Counted from the stretch's first letter, positions 21,327 to 33,127 are shown. The stretch is 64,000 bases of DNA from an uncultured Nitrososphaerales archaeon (GCA_963695855.1 CAVOHZ010000010.1:928001-992000); one strand, 5' to 3'. Notes: generated by a model from the sequence alone, not told the origin. Translations and numbers: made by a program.

Positions 21327-21405
21327 TTCTAATCATAATTCTTACATAATATCACTTTATTGTAACCTTAGACTCTTTAGCGCCGGCATCAGTGTTACTG
21401 GCGAC
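21327..21405 (+). repeat. att-like site H (family 2, most degenerate)
   Basis: CCTTAGACTCTTTAGCGCCGGCATCAGTGTTACTGGCGAC. Confidence 0.55.
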
Positions 21406-21539
21406 ACACTTGGTGCAAAATTTTGTATGGGACTAGAATTAGACATTAATAACATAGATCTAAATATTAGACAATTATTATATAACTGAGAAAATATTAA
21501 TCATCTGTTTTGATTTATTCTCATTTAGAATACTTAATT

Positions 21540-21597
21540 TTAAGTCTGAACCTAGCCAACATAGATAAATGGTATAGACTAATAGATTTTTTATATC
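21540..21597 (-). mobile_element. Remnant of an IS110 left end
   Basis: Reverse complement GATATAAAAAATCT...TATGTTGGCTAGGTTCAGACTTAA aligns to 1327-1383. Confidence 0.7.
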
Positions 21598-21778
21598 CTC
21601 TAGGATAAAATTCAAAATACTAGAAAAAATATTGCAATTCTGTCAGATTTTTTCAAAATATAGATTTCTGATGTACAGTAACATTCTGTATTGAATAATT
21701 ACATTCTAGTTTTTCTCTAATCTTGTAGTAAATTGAATATTAAATTGTAGCTAAGGTATTATTTATTGAGACTACGAC

Positions 21779-21997
21779 TCACAATATCCGACTGTGTATT
21801 ATACTTTCATTTAACATAGATTTGTACTTTCCATTTCGTGGTCTAGTTCTTAACCGTCCTCCACAACAAGGACATGTTGCAATAGGCCACATAATAAAAA
21901 TATTGCATATCTGACAACGTTTTTGACCTAATATGTAACGCTGACCATTTTTAGGTTTTAATGCTTTGTGTCGTAAGCATATGCCCTTACATGTCAT
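21779..21997 (-). CDS. Small Cys-rich zinc-finger protein, thaumarchaeal type
   Basis: MTCKGIC...GQKRCQIC...CPCCG.RLRTRPR. Confidence 0.8.
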   Translation of the reverse strand: MTCKGICLRHKALKPKNGQRYILGQKRCQICNIFIMWPIATCPCCGGRLRTRPRNGKYKSMLNESIIHSRIL

Positions 21998-22050
21998 TTT
22001 AAAAACCGTTTATAGTATTCAAATTTTCAGATTTGATTTCTATTGCCGTG

Positions 22051-22371
22051 TTAAAAATGTATGTCATTAAACTTTGTCTCAATCTCGTTTATTCTATCTG
22101 GATAACCTTCTAATTTTCTTAAATCAGAAAAATCTGAATCAGTTTTTATTTTTTCTAAAAATAAAACAATTTCCTCATTTTTTACACCGTGTTTTATATC
22201 GTATTTGATACGATTACAAACTTTATTAAAACCACCATATTTTTTGAAAAGTCGTTTCTGATATGGAGAAGCATTTTCTGGAAGACCTGTCAAATATTTA
22301 ACAACTGTTTTTTCCATATTTTTTACATGCCATTCTCTCATAGGATAATTATTTGGTATCAAAATGACCAT
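22051..22371 (-). CDS. Conserved hypothetical protein, paralog of 43698-44027
   Basis: NYPMREWHVKNMEKTVVKY...DIKHGV. Confidence 0.75.
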   Translation of the reverse strand: MVILIPNNYPMREWHVKNMEKTVVKYLTGLPENASPYQKRLFKKYGGFNKVCNRIKYDIKHGVKNEEIVLFLEKIKTDSDFSDLRKLEGYPDRINEIETKFNDIHF

Positions 22372-22523
22372 TGTTATTTATGAATAAGGGATATATAATA
22401 TGACCTTTTTTAGAGTAAATTTCTACAAAATTCCAAATTATTGTTAATCTTTATTTATATAATGAGGAAAAGAGAATAAAATTGGCTATCAACGTTCTTA
22501 TTATCATTAAATAATAAAATATT

Positions 22524-22697
22524 ATGAAAAAAATAGAAATTTTTAGTAAATTCAAATCATCAAAAAATGGTGAAACACGAGTTGTATTTGATAATAACAA
22601 AGATAAACACCTTGAATACTTTATGAATGGAAGCTGGCGACATAGTCCAAAATGTAAGGAAAATACAAATAAGGTATGTGACAAAATACAAAGATAG
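22524..22697 (+). CDS. Possible 57-aa protein
   Basis: Open frame MKKIEIFSKF...WRHSPKCKENTNKVCDKIQR*. Confidence 0.4.
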   Translation: MKKIEIFSKFKSSKNGETRVVFDNNKDKHLEYFMNGSWRHSPKCKENTNKVCDKIQR

Positions 22698-23308
22698 TAG
22701 TATGGATCACTCTTTTGTGATTACTTTCTAGATCTATACTTATTTATATCTACAAAAAGAGATCTTGATATAATTTTATGATGTTATAAAAATCGATAAT
22801 TGTTTGATAGCTATATGATTATGATATGTATATTCAATGTTTGTTATGACTTCGATAACCTCAAAGTTTCTTCAAATGGTACCTTAAAAACTCGATCCAT
22901 TTTATTTTTGAATGAATTTCATAGCTTCAAAATGTTACATACACTAAACAATAAAAATCTAAGTAATGCATAACAACACAAGGTAATATCTTATTTTTCT
23001 TCCTATCTAGTATCTAGATCTTACTAAAAAGAAATTTGAAGCTGGAGTTATTTAGATTCTTGGAATAAATTAAACCTAAATTCTTGCAAAATACAAGAAT
23101 TCGATTAATCTACTTCATAAATTCATTTCAGTGAAGTTAGGATCGTTTAAAGATTAAACCTCAGACATATCTGAAGATAAACTGAAAGTTTGATAAAGAT
23201 TTTGAATGTTAACAAGAAATTTTCAAAAAATCTTGTTATTAAATATTCTTATCATTCGACTACTATCACAGAATCATTTCATTTTTTAGCAAAATAATAA
23301 TAGTATTA

Positions 23309-24517
23309 ATGATAACCTGTTCTTGTTTGAATATTAGGGAAGACTCATTAAACCTACATAGGATGCTTAAAGGTAAAATAGAGATTCATAATCGTGTTCC
23401 TGTGGAAAATATCTTTGAAAAAGAAAACGCTCTTATCAATTTGATATACACTCCTGGTGTTGCATATGTTGCGAAAGAAATAAGTAAAGATAAGGAATTA
23501 GCGTATGAATATACTTCGAAATGGAATAATGTTGCAATAATATGTGACGGTACACGTGTGTTGGGTCTAGGCAATATAGGACCTGAGGCTGCAATTCCAG
23601 TTATGGAAGGAAAATCTGTCCTTTTTAAGTTGTTAGGTGGAATAAATGCAATCCCATTATGTATCGCTACACAAGATAAGGAAGAGATAATAAAATTTGT
23701 AAAATCTGTTGAACCGATGTTTGGAGCAATTAACATTGAAGATATCGAATCGCCCAAAGTTTTGGATATTGTAGAACGATTAAAACATGAAATTTCTCTA
23801 CCTGTTTTTCATGATGATCAACATGGGACAGCAATTATTACCTTATCTGCATTACTTAATGCTCTGACTTTATCGGAGAAAAAATTGGAAGATATTCTTG
23901 TGGTAATATTAGGTGCTGGCTCTGCTGGTTATGGTATATATAAGATTCTACATGCAGCTGGATGTACAGATATGGTTGTAGTAGATAGTCATGGATCTAT
24001 TTATGATGGACGTGATCACTTAACTGGCAATCCATATAAACAAGAAATAGCAACCAAAACTAATCGTCGAAAAATTAGTGGAAATCTAGATGAGGTGTTA
24101 AAAGGAGCAGACGTTTTTATCGGAGTTTCAGGAAAAGCTAAAGTTTTAACTAGTCAAATGGTAAAATCGATGAATTTAAATCCGATTATATTTGCGTTAA
24201 CTAATCCAGATCCAGAAATATTTCCAGAGGATGCATTAAAAGCTGGTGCTAAAATAGTTGCTACTGGAAGGTCAGATTTTCCTAATCAAATTAATAACGC
24301 TACTATCTTTCCTTCTGTTCTTAGAGCTTTACTAGATCTACGTATAAAGTATTTAAGTGAAGATCTACTTGTTACTGTGGCTCAATCAATTGCAGGATTG
24401 GTGGATAAACAACAACTTAAAGAAAATTATATAATTCCACAAATTAATGACCAAAGGATACTGCCAATCGTAACTCAAACTATGAAAGGTGTCATGAAAC
24501 AACATCTAACGAAATAA
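23309..24517 (+). CDS. NAD(P)-dependent malic enzyme
   Basis: YTPGVA, DGTRVLGLGNIG, MEGK, FHDDQHGTA, GAGSAG, ATGRSDFPNQINN. Confidence 0.95.
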   Translation: MITCSCLNIREDSLNLHRMLKGKIEIHNRVPVENIFEKENALINLIYTPGVAYVAKEISKDKELAYEYTSKWNNVAIICDGTRVLGLGNIGPEAAIPVMEGKSVLFKLLGGINAIPLCIATQDKEEIIKFVKSVEPMFGAINIEDIESPKVLDIVERLKHEISLPVFHDDQHGTAIITLSALLNALTLSEKKLEDILVVILGAGSAGYGIYKILHAAGCTDMVVVDSHGSIYDGRDHLTGNPYKQEIATKTNRRKISGNLDEVLKGADVFIGVSGKAKVLTSQMVKSMNLNPIIFALTNPDPEIFPEDALKAGAKIVATGRSDFPNQINNATIFPSVLRALLDLRIKYLSEDLLVTVAQSIAGLVDKQQLKENYIIPQINDQRILPIVTQTMKGVMKQHLTK

Positions 24518-24739
24518 ATGATCAATTTAATATTTATCTGACGAAGAAAATCTACTTCATAAGAGTAAATCTAATTCTAATTCAATATGGTTAACATCTT
24601 TATTAAAGACACATAATATTTAGTTTATCTCTTGTGTCCTAGATCAACGTTCAATATTGATGGTTCAACATATTGCATAATAAATTTATGTAAACACTTG
24701 ATAAAAATAAAACTTTATTATACCTCCATTGTTAGAAGT

Positions 24740-26351
24740 TTGAAATGCAAAAATATTTTATTTTATATGTTACATTTGTCTTTATCTTATCAATGTTTTC
24801 TATATACCATAACTTTTTCAATCAGTTTTGCTCAAACAATCGATACATCACATAAATCTGAAAACGTAACTAATTCTTCAACATTATTACATTCTATCCC
24901 TGTCACCACAACACCTATAAAATATATTGTAGTGATATTTCAGGAAAATAATTCATTTGATCATTATTTTACTACATAACCAAACTCTGAAAACCAAGAA
25001 GGAGAGTTGGAGATCATTCCATTAAAAGATACTCCTTTGTAAATGGTTTAACCGAAGCACTTATTATGAATAACAAAAATTTGGTTAAACCATATCGTCT
25101 TGAGCCCTCTTTTGCAACCAAGATTGCCGAATGTGGAAATAACCATACCTATACCCCAATACAAAGGGCACTTAATAGTGGTCTTATGAACAAATTTGTT
25201 TAATATTCTGGACAAAATTATGGTAATTGTGATTCTGAGCAGGTCATGGGTTACTTTGACGGCAATACCGTTACAGCATTATGGAATTATCCACAACATT
25301 ACGCTATGAGTGACTCATTCTATAGTTCTATTCTCGATCCATCCCTCCCAGGACATCTCAATCTTATTTCAGGGCAAACACATGGTGCTTCCCCTTCAAA
25401 CATTGAGAACCTTGTAGTTAATGGTACAGTGATAGATGATTTAGATTCTTTCTATGATGATTGTTCAGAAGGTCAAACTATTTCCTTAAGTTGTAAGAAT
25501 ATAGGATATATATTAAATTAAAAAAATATTACTTAGGGAGGGTTCCAAGGCGGGTTTAAGCCAACTAATTGGATTTCAGAGGATAATAATTCCAGTAAGA
25601 ATAGAAAAGCAGAATGAAATTCTTCATACCAAGATATAGTTGGAAAGAACATTACAGATTATGTAGTACATCACGAACCATTCCAATATTACAGATCGGC
25701 ATCTAATCCTCATCATCTTCAGCCAAGTGGTGTACATATGACAGGTCATACAGCTCAAGCTAATCATCAATACAACATATCCGACTTTTGGAATACCTTA
25801 GATCCCAAAATGTTCCATATGTTAGTTTCTTAAAACCACCGGCATATTAGAATGGGCATTCTGGATACTCTGATCCTTTTGATGAACAAGTATTTATTAC
25901 AAGTACAATTAATAAATTGCAAGAATCACCTGAGTGGAACGAAATGGAAATAATAATTGCATATGATGATTCAGGTGAATGGTACGATCACGAGATGTCT
26001 CCAATCATTATGAATTCTGATCTTCCCCGATATGATCCTTTTTCTGGAGCTGATCTTCTCCGTGGTAGTTCCCTAGATGAAAAAAGTTATGATGGTTGAT
26101 GTGGATACGGGTTGAGATTTCCAATGCTTGTAATATCGCCATTTTCAAAGGAAAATTATGTTAGTCATTATGTTATTGACCAATTTTCTATTATAAAATT
26201 TATTGAAGATAATTGGCAATTAGGAGAAATCTGTGATTTATCGTTTGATTCTATTGCAGGTTCAATAAATGACAAGTTTAATTTTTCAACTGCACATGAT
26301 GCCGGAAAGTTACAATTGGACAAATTAACCGGCCAGATTTCAAGTAACTGA
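24740..26351 (+). pseudogene. Degraded phospholipase C/acid phosphatase (phosphoesterase family)
   Basis: PIKYIVVIFQENNSFDHYF, MGYFDGNTVTALWNY, YDDSGEWYDH, RFPMLVISPF with many stops and frameshifts; 5' boundary approximate. Confidence 0.88.
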
Positions 26352-26688
26352 AAGAACAATACAAAACAACATGTCACATTGCATATTAAAATATTTTAAT
26401 TTCATGTAACAAAAAGAGTTTATAGAGGTATAATGAAAGTAGCCTACCGCTATACCTTGCCAAATCTTGGCTGAATCATATCTGCAAGAGTCGATAGAAC
26501 AAGGATGTTTAAGATGTCTATAACTAGAAGATCGTGGAGAATCTATCAAAGAAGATAGTAAAAAGTCTTGGCAATAATCTTAGTTGCCCTCAATTGTTAA
26601 ATCACTTTGATATTCCTTTTTAAAAATAACTCAAAGTATCATCAGGTATATTTCATAACTAGTAATCGATAAAGGTTAATTATATAAA

Positions 26689-26961
26689 ATGCTGACTATC
26701 TCTCCACTTATGAAGATGGTAATAAATTGGATTAGGAGAAAGATGTGGAAGCCAAAAGGAAAAATATATAGTTTGAAATGCAATCAATGCAATGAGGGCT
26801 TCTTATCAAGCTATTCGATGGATGCTCCTATATGCGGACATTGTTTACAACGTGTTAAATCTCCTGACGCTACCATAAACACCGAAAAACATTGCAGGGT
26901 GTGTGGTAAAATTGGAACAATACACTCTTCTGATAAATGCGATAGCTGTTATTTTAAGTAG
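26689..26961 (+). CDS. Small multi-CxxC zinc-finger protein
   Basis: Four CxxC pairs. Confidence 0.6.
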   Translation: MLTISPLMKMVINWIRRKMWKPKGKIYSLKCNQCNEGFLSSYSMDAPICGHCLQRVKSPDATINTEKHCRVCGKIGTIHSSDKCDSCYFK

Positions 26962-27303
26962 GTGGAAGAAAATAGTTGGTAGAAATAACAATCAGAGACA
27001 TGTTGACGTAAAAAATTTCCCTCAAAATTGAAAATTACTAAAATGTGAAATAGATTTGATGTTTATTATTTATCTCCAAGACTTAGGTTGACTGTCATGT
27101 GAAATGAATAGAATTATAATAAGTTATTTGGATTAATGTATTTAATTTTCAGGAAATGCTAACAACAATTCGTAGTTTCGAATTGGATAGGTATTTTAAA
27201 AATATATGCTAACTTATTTTAATAATTCTGCTTGACTTATCAATTTGAATATTTATTAAACGTGGGCAAATCTTTCATATAAGCTCAATCTAAATATGTA
27301 TTA

Positions 27304-28104
27304 ATGAATAAAAAGACGATAGATAATTCACAAAAGAGAGTAATATCAGCAACACTATTTACATCCATTTCTGTTTTGGCCTTTGCATTATTTTTCTCTG
27401 TAATCCAAGACGATATTCTCGCGTATTCAGAGTTGCCTTCCTCAGATTTACCGAATAGTACTTTGTTTGTTACTGGATCTGCGACTAGTCATGCAAAATC
27501 AGATAAGGTAATCGTTTCTCTTGGAGTCGAGACTGCAAATCGCACGGCCGAAGAAGCTTTATCTTCCAATTCTAACCTTATGAAGAAAGTTCTTACTAAC
27601 TTAAAAGAAGCAGGTGTGCAGGATAATGAAACAAGTACATCTTCATTTACCATAAATCCAAACTATAATTATTCTGCATACGGAACCCGTGGCGATCTTA
27701 TAGGTTTTACTGTATCCAATTCCATTCAAGTGGATAGCTCACATATTGACCAAGTTTCAAGATGGATAGATACCGCAGTAAAAGCTGGTGCAAACAATAT
27801 CAATAATGTTTATTTTAGCTTATCGGATTCAAAACTCGAAGAGATCAAGGATAGTTTATTAAAAGAATCCATAACTAAAGCCAAAATGAAAGCAGATATA
27901 GTGGCTTCTGCAGCAGGAATGAATATAGTTGGAATCAAATCGATAGCAGTTGGAGGGATTGGATCATCTCCTCCCATACCGTTTCCTGGACCTTCATTTA
28001 CTGCGAAATCTATAGGATCTGAGGCAGATTCATCAACTCCAATTCTAGAAGGTGAACACGAAGTTTCCGTGAGTGTGAGTGTTATCTATATTTTGGATAG
28101 ATAG
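27304..28104 (+). CDS. SIMPL/DUF541 domain protein
   Basis: LFVTGSA...VSLGVET, IDTAVKAGAN, AKMKA...GEHEVSVSVSVIY. Confidence 0.9.
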   Translation: MNKKTIDNSQKRVISATLFTSISVLAFALFFSVIQDDILAYSELPSSDLPNSTLFVTGSATSHAKSDKVIVSLGVETANRTAEEALSSNSNLMKKVLTNLKEAGVQDNETSTSSFTINPNYNYSAYGTRGDLIGFTVSNSIQVDSSHIDQVSRWIDTAVKAGANNINNVYFSLSDSKLEEIKDSLLKESITKAKMKADIVASAAGMNIVGIKSIAVGGIGSSPPIPFPGPSFTAKSIGSEADSSTPILEGEHEVSVSVSVIYILDR

Positions 28105-28824
28105 CCAATCTCATTTTTTTATAATCATCATAATCCTTTAAAATAGAATGCAAGAGTAAGTTGAACTTTTTCTTGATGATGTTATCAGTTTTATATACTT
28201 TATAAAGTTAATTTGCACCGTTTATAAAAAATCTAGTTAATAGATATTCAACTTGAAGATATTATTTGCAAAACCTTACTAATATTAGTTTTAAACTAGG
28301 ATCAAAAATGGGGTTTATAGTTAAGGCATTAATTCGCTCATATCACAGTAGCAAGATAGGAATTAATCCTAAATTTTTAAATTTTCTTGAAAAGAGATTA
28401 TAAATGAATGTGGATTGAGCCTATCCTACAGAAATATATGGCGAAAGAACTTTAATTTCATTTTGCATATTGTGCAAGCAATAAAAGATCTTCATTTGTT
28501 GCAGAACCCCATTTCCTGCAGTTCGATGCTAAAGTGGAATTTCATTCTCCGATAAATTTCGAGGATATTTAACAGGTCGATTAATAATTTCAACAGATAA
28601 TTCGTTTACACGTTACTAATTAGTAGACATGATAATTTTTTTAGTATTCTGCGTAGTATTTGTCAAATAACAGTTCTTGGGATAATTTTCAATAATATGC
28701 AAAGATTTTTTATAATTTTATTTTTATATACCTTGCAATACTTCATTATACCAATATCAAATAGTTTTATGTAAGTTCTCCGTTTGCTAAATTCAATAAA
28801 ATAGATATATGAAACAGGCTTTTT

Positions 28825-30108
28825 CTAATTGGCGATTCGCAGTGATCGAAACTTTACTGGAAGATTACTGACTCCATGTAAAAATACATCATAGAGAGGT
28901 TTCAAAGAGTCCTCACTATAATCATCATCAAATCTTAAATCCTCTAATCTCTCTATTACTTTTCTCAATACTATCTGGGCTTCTAGCTTCGCTAAGGTTG
29001 AACCTAAACAAAAGTGGATTCCATGTCCGAAAGCTATGTGATCGTTGGGGGTTCTATTTATATTAAATTCTTCCGAATTTTGAAAGACTCTTTCATCATG
29101 ATTAGCAGAGCCTATCCATATTACTACCCTTTCTCCTTTTTTCATTTTGTGTCCATGAAAAACCAAATCTTTGATTAAAAAACGAAAAAGTGCCTGAACG
29201 GGGGACCTATAGCGTAACGTTTCTTCTATTGTTAACGGTATCAACGAGTTTTGTTCATCTTTTAATTTCTTAAATTGTTTAGGATATTCAAGTAATGATC
29301 GAATTGTATTGCCTATAAGGTTTATAGTGGTTACGTGGCCAGCTAGCAACAGGAGCGAACAGAATGCAAGGATTTCATCTTTGGATAATTTTCTATTATC
29401 TACTGTAGCTTTTATCAAATTTGAAATAAGATCATTTTGAGGATTTACCTTTCTTTTTTCTATGATGATATTGAAATAAGAATCCATTTCATTCTGAACT
29501 TTTCTGAAAAGTGGCTCTAATTTTCTGTCGAGAAAATTAGTCGTATTTTTATTTGAACCAAGTAATCTATCTGCCCATTGCCTAAATAAATCATGATCTC
29601 TATAAGGAACACCAAGTAGTTCCGCAATAATGGTTACAGGTAAAGGATAAGCTAAATCTTCTATGACATCCATTTGACCTCTTTCGATAACTTGATCTAA
29701 TAGATTATTTGTAGTCTGTTCTATTCTTGGTTTTAAGTTATATATTGTGTTTGGAGTAAAAGCAGAAGATATGACATTCCGTAATTGTCTTTGAAGAGGT
29801 GGATCTAATGTAAGAATACTAGGCCTTACTGTCTGTACTTCATCATTTTCACTATACCTATCTTGATCGTTTTTATTCTTAACCTTGCTTCTCTTTTTTT
29901 CATTTTCTCTTTCCTTCTGTAAAAAAGTTAATCTTTGAATGTCAGACGAAAAAATCTTATAGTTAGAAAGAACTTCCTTCGAATCAGAATAACGAAAAAT
30001 TCCCCATATTTCATTTTTAGAATCATATTCAATATGATGATGACTTCGCATTTTAGCATAAAAGGAGAATGGATTCAAGCGTTCGTCTTGCGATGGAAAA
30101 ACATCCAT
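28825..30108 (-). CDS. Cytochrome P450
   Basis: AGHVTT I-helix, EETLR (ExxR), heme motif FGHGIHFCLG. Confidence 0.96.
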   Translation of the reverse strand: MDVFPSQDERLNPFSFYAKMRSHHHIEYDSKNEIWGIFRYSDSKEVLSNYKIFSSDIQRLTFLQKERENEKKRSKVKNKNDQDRYSENDEVQTVRPSILTLDPPLQRQLRNVISSAFTPNTIYNLKPRIEQTTNNLLDQVIERGQMDVIEDLAYPLPVTIIAELLGVPYRDHDLFRQWADRLLGSNKNTTNFLDRKLEPLFRKVQNEMDSYFNIIIEKRKVNPQNDLISNLIKATVDNRKLSKDEILAFCSLLLLAGHVTTINLIGNTIRSLLEYPKQFKKLKDEQNSLIPLTIEETLRYRSPVQALFRFLIKDLVFHGHKMKKGERVVIWIGSANHDERVFQNSEEFNINRTPNDHIAFGHGIHFCLGSTLAKLEAQIVLRKVIERLEDLRFDDDYSEDSLKPLYDVFLHGVSNLPVKFRSLRIAN

Positions 30109-30558
30109 ATGTTGTCTGATCGTTATTCTATTATAAATATTATCAATGTATTAGATTATCAAACGTTTTCAAAATCTAGAAAAATATTATTTTCTTCTTT
30201 TAAATGTACGTGATAATTGAATTCAGTTAAAATTTTATCATTTACAATTATGTCTAAAATTATATTTAATAAATTTATATGACTTGAATCTAATGATTAG
30301 CTCAATAATATTATGGAATAACTTATTGATGCTTTGTTTTACAACTATGATTATAGTCAATTTTGATTAAAAAGATGGATCAATACTCCTATAAGAATTC
30401 TATTTTATCAATTTGTTTGGGTCAAAAATTTATATCATATAATGATTTTCATAGTTGGGCAACAAACCAAAAATTGGCACCGATTGATGTTCAATGGAGA
30501 TTACTTTCACACTCTATAATTAAAATATTTTTATAAACGTAATTTGTTATATTTTTTT

Positions 30559-31634
30559 ATGGATTCCAATTCTTATAGTTCTATTTCTGAAAAGAAACTT
30601 GAATTCATGCAAAAAGCGTTTGCGGACATATCTAGTAGTATGAGTGTCATGCTTGTGATTCTTGGAGAGAAATTAGTTTATACAAAGCTATGGCAAAATC
30701 TGGACCCATAACGACCTCAGAGTTAGCAGCAAAAGATAACACGTATGAGAGGTATGTCCGAGAATGGTTGGTGGTTGGCATATCAGGCGGCAAGCGGGTA
30801 TGTAATTTATGACCCGAAAAATGGTAAATATTTTCTTCCACCTGAACATGCAATGGCTTTGGCCGATGATAATAGTACTGTGTATTTGCATGATGCTTAT
30901 CCAGTAATGCGTTCTATCTTTAAGATGAAGATAAATTCATTGATATGTTCAAAACCGGGAAGGGCTTGAGATGGAATGACCATCATAATGACTTGTTTGA
31001 AGAAACTTCACTTTTTTTAAATCAAATTATATTTCAAATCTTATAAAATCGTGGATTCCATCACTTGATGGAGTAAAAGAAAGGTTAGAAAAAGGTGCTA
31101 AGGTGGCTGATATTGGCTGTGGATACGGAATATCTACAATTATTATGGCGAAAGAATTTCCTAATTCTATCTTCTTTGGTTTCGATAATCATACACCATC
31201 GATCGAAAAGGCTAAGCATCAAATCCGATTAGACGGATTGGAAGGACGGGTAAAATTTATGACTAATTCTGCCAACGAATCCTTAGAAGGAGATTTTGAA
31301 TTTTGATTTTATGACTTTGATTGTTTGCATGATATGGGTGACCCAGTAGAGGTTATGAAACAGTCTTGGAAATCTCTAAAATCTGATGGAACTTGCATGA
31401 TAGTTGAACCAATGGCAAATAATAAATTAGAAGATAATTTAAATTTAATTGGCAAGAGTTTCTTTGCTGCTTCAACTCTTGTATGTGTACCTAATTCGGT
31501 TGCGCATCATGGTCCGGCACTCGGGGCTCAAGCAGGTGAAAATAAAATGAGATATAATAAAATCGGCAGGTTTTAGTAGATTCAGGAGATCGGCACAGAC
31601 CCCATTTAATATTGTATATGAGGTCAAAAAATGA
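30559..31634 (+). pseudogene. Frameshifted wHTH plus SAM methyltransferase (Rv2258c-like)
   Basis: Fragments ERYVREWL, LPPEHA, VADIGCGYG, LHDMGDP, LGAQAGE. Confidence 0.85.
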
Positions 31635-32135
31635 TTTATCATTAACTGTTTTTTCATTTTTGATTTTTCTTTTTTCCTTGAGTACTCATCTGGTAAAATT
31701 GAAAAAATTCTTGTATAAAGTCATAATATAATTAACGACGGTAAAAATACAGTTATCATTTTAGCGGTTAGAGATTAAAATAAGTCAAGCCAGAATTATT
31801 TATCTAGGAGCACTCAATTTAAAACCATTCCCGTTGACTCGTACCATTACAGGAAAAAAGGTAAATTGCTTGCAATAATACTTTATTAACAAATATGCAG
31901 TATTATACGTTATAGAATTGAAACATCATTGTATTTTATTTTGAATATTGAAAAATTATAAGCAATGTGGCATAAATTGTCTGAAATTTAGGAACACACA
32001 AAAAGATATCGTGACATTTCTAATATTTTACAATATCTCGAATTACAGAATCATGAATAATAATAACATTTCACTATAACGACATTACATGAAGGAGTAA
32101 CATGATATCTTAAAGATTGTATTATTACGCAAGAT

Positions 32136-32807
32136 CTAACTAGTTGGGAATATGTTACCCTTTGAATCTTCCGATTTGTCCTTACCCTTTGAATCTTTCG
32201 ATTTGTCCTTACTCTTATTCTTATCTGACTTTTTATCTTCATTTTTAGTATCAGATGAAGATGATAAGGCTCCTTTGTCTTTAACCTTGCATATTCCTAT
32301 CTTGGTATCGCCTTCATCAGAATTAAAACCAATTATTTTATCCATCTTATCACAAATATATTTATCAGCACCTTCTCCACCAGTAAGTTCATCATTTCCT
32401 GGTCCACCATCAAGTTCATCAGCACCGGGCCCACCATCAAGTTGATCATTCCCCTCATCTCCATTTAATATATCATTTCCTTGGTCACCTTTTAATCGAT
32501 CATTCCCCGTCTTACCACTTAGTAGATCATCTCCTCCAGCACCCAATATCTCATCATTGCCTTCACCCCCTCTGATCTTATCATTATTAACAGTTCCCTC
32601 AATTATGACGTCCACCTTTATGGTTCCGTAAGAGTTGGAATCAGAAGTATTAACCGAATTTACAGCCTCATTTTCAATAATAGTAGTAGAATTAACCTGA
32701 CCATTTACCTCACTTAAAGAGATAACTACGTTAATTGTTACTATAAATAAAATAATGGTTGTTATAAAATACACTCTTATAAAATACATATGATTTAATA
32801 TAAACAC
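32136..32807 (-). CDS. Secreted RTX/hemolysin-type Ca-binding repeat protein
   Basis: GGxGNDxL nonapeptide repeats after a signal peptide. Confidence 0.9.
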   Translation of the reverse strand: MFILNHMYFIRVYFITTIILFIVTINVVISLSEVNGQVNSTTIIENEAVNSVNTSDSNSYGTIKVDVIIEGTVNNDKIRGGEGNDEILGAGGDDLLSGKTGNDRLKGDQGNDILNGDEGNDQLDGGPGADELDGGPGNDELTGGEGADKYICDKMDKIIGFNSDEGDTKIGICKVKDKGALSSSSDTKNEDKKSDKNKSKDKSKDSKGKDKSEDSKGNIFPTS

Positions 32808-33127
32808 TATATTCTCATTATACTGAATTACTAAAAAATTGATCTATCTTTTAATATTGATTCTAGCAAGCTTTCTTATTTCCGTTACGGCATCAAATTA
32901 ATAAATTTTATTTTATATCTTTTTCATATTGCCATATTCTATTTAAAAGAGAGACTGTGAAGGCATTTATACAAATCATATATTATAGTAAATTGTTTGG
33001 ATCTATAAATGAAATTCCAAATATGAAATAATAAAAAAGAATTAAAAAAATTCATCAATAATTTTAGGTGATCATTCTAGATAAGATATAAATAAATCAT
33101 TTATATACATTGACAATCAAATAATGG

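Noticed and set aside
2935-21405. CRISPR array or classical attC integron interpretation of the repeats
   Set aside because: Spacing is irregular (0.1-7 kb), no cas or intI gene is present, and the attC box arrangement is not evident
24632-26351. Alternative genetic code explaining the in-frame stops
   Set aside because: Stops are of all three types and come with frameshifts; intact genes use TAA, TAG and TGA as normal stops
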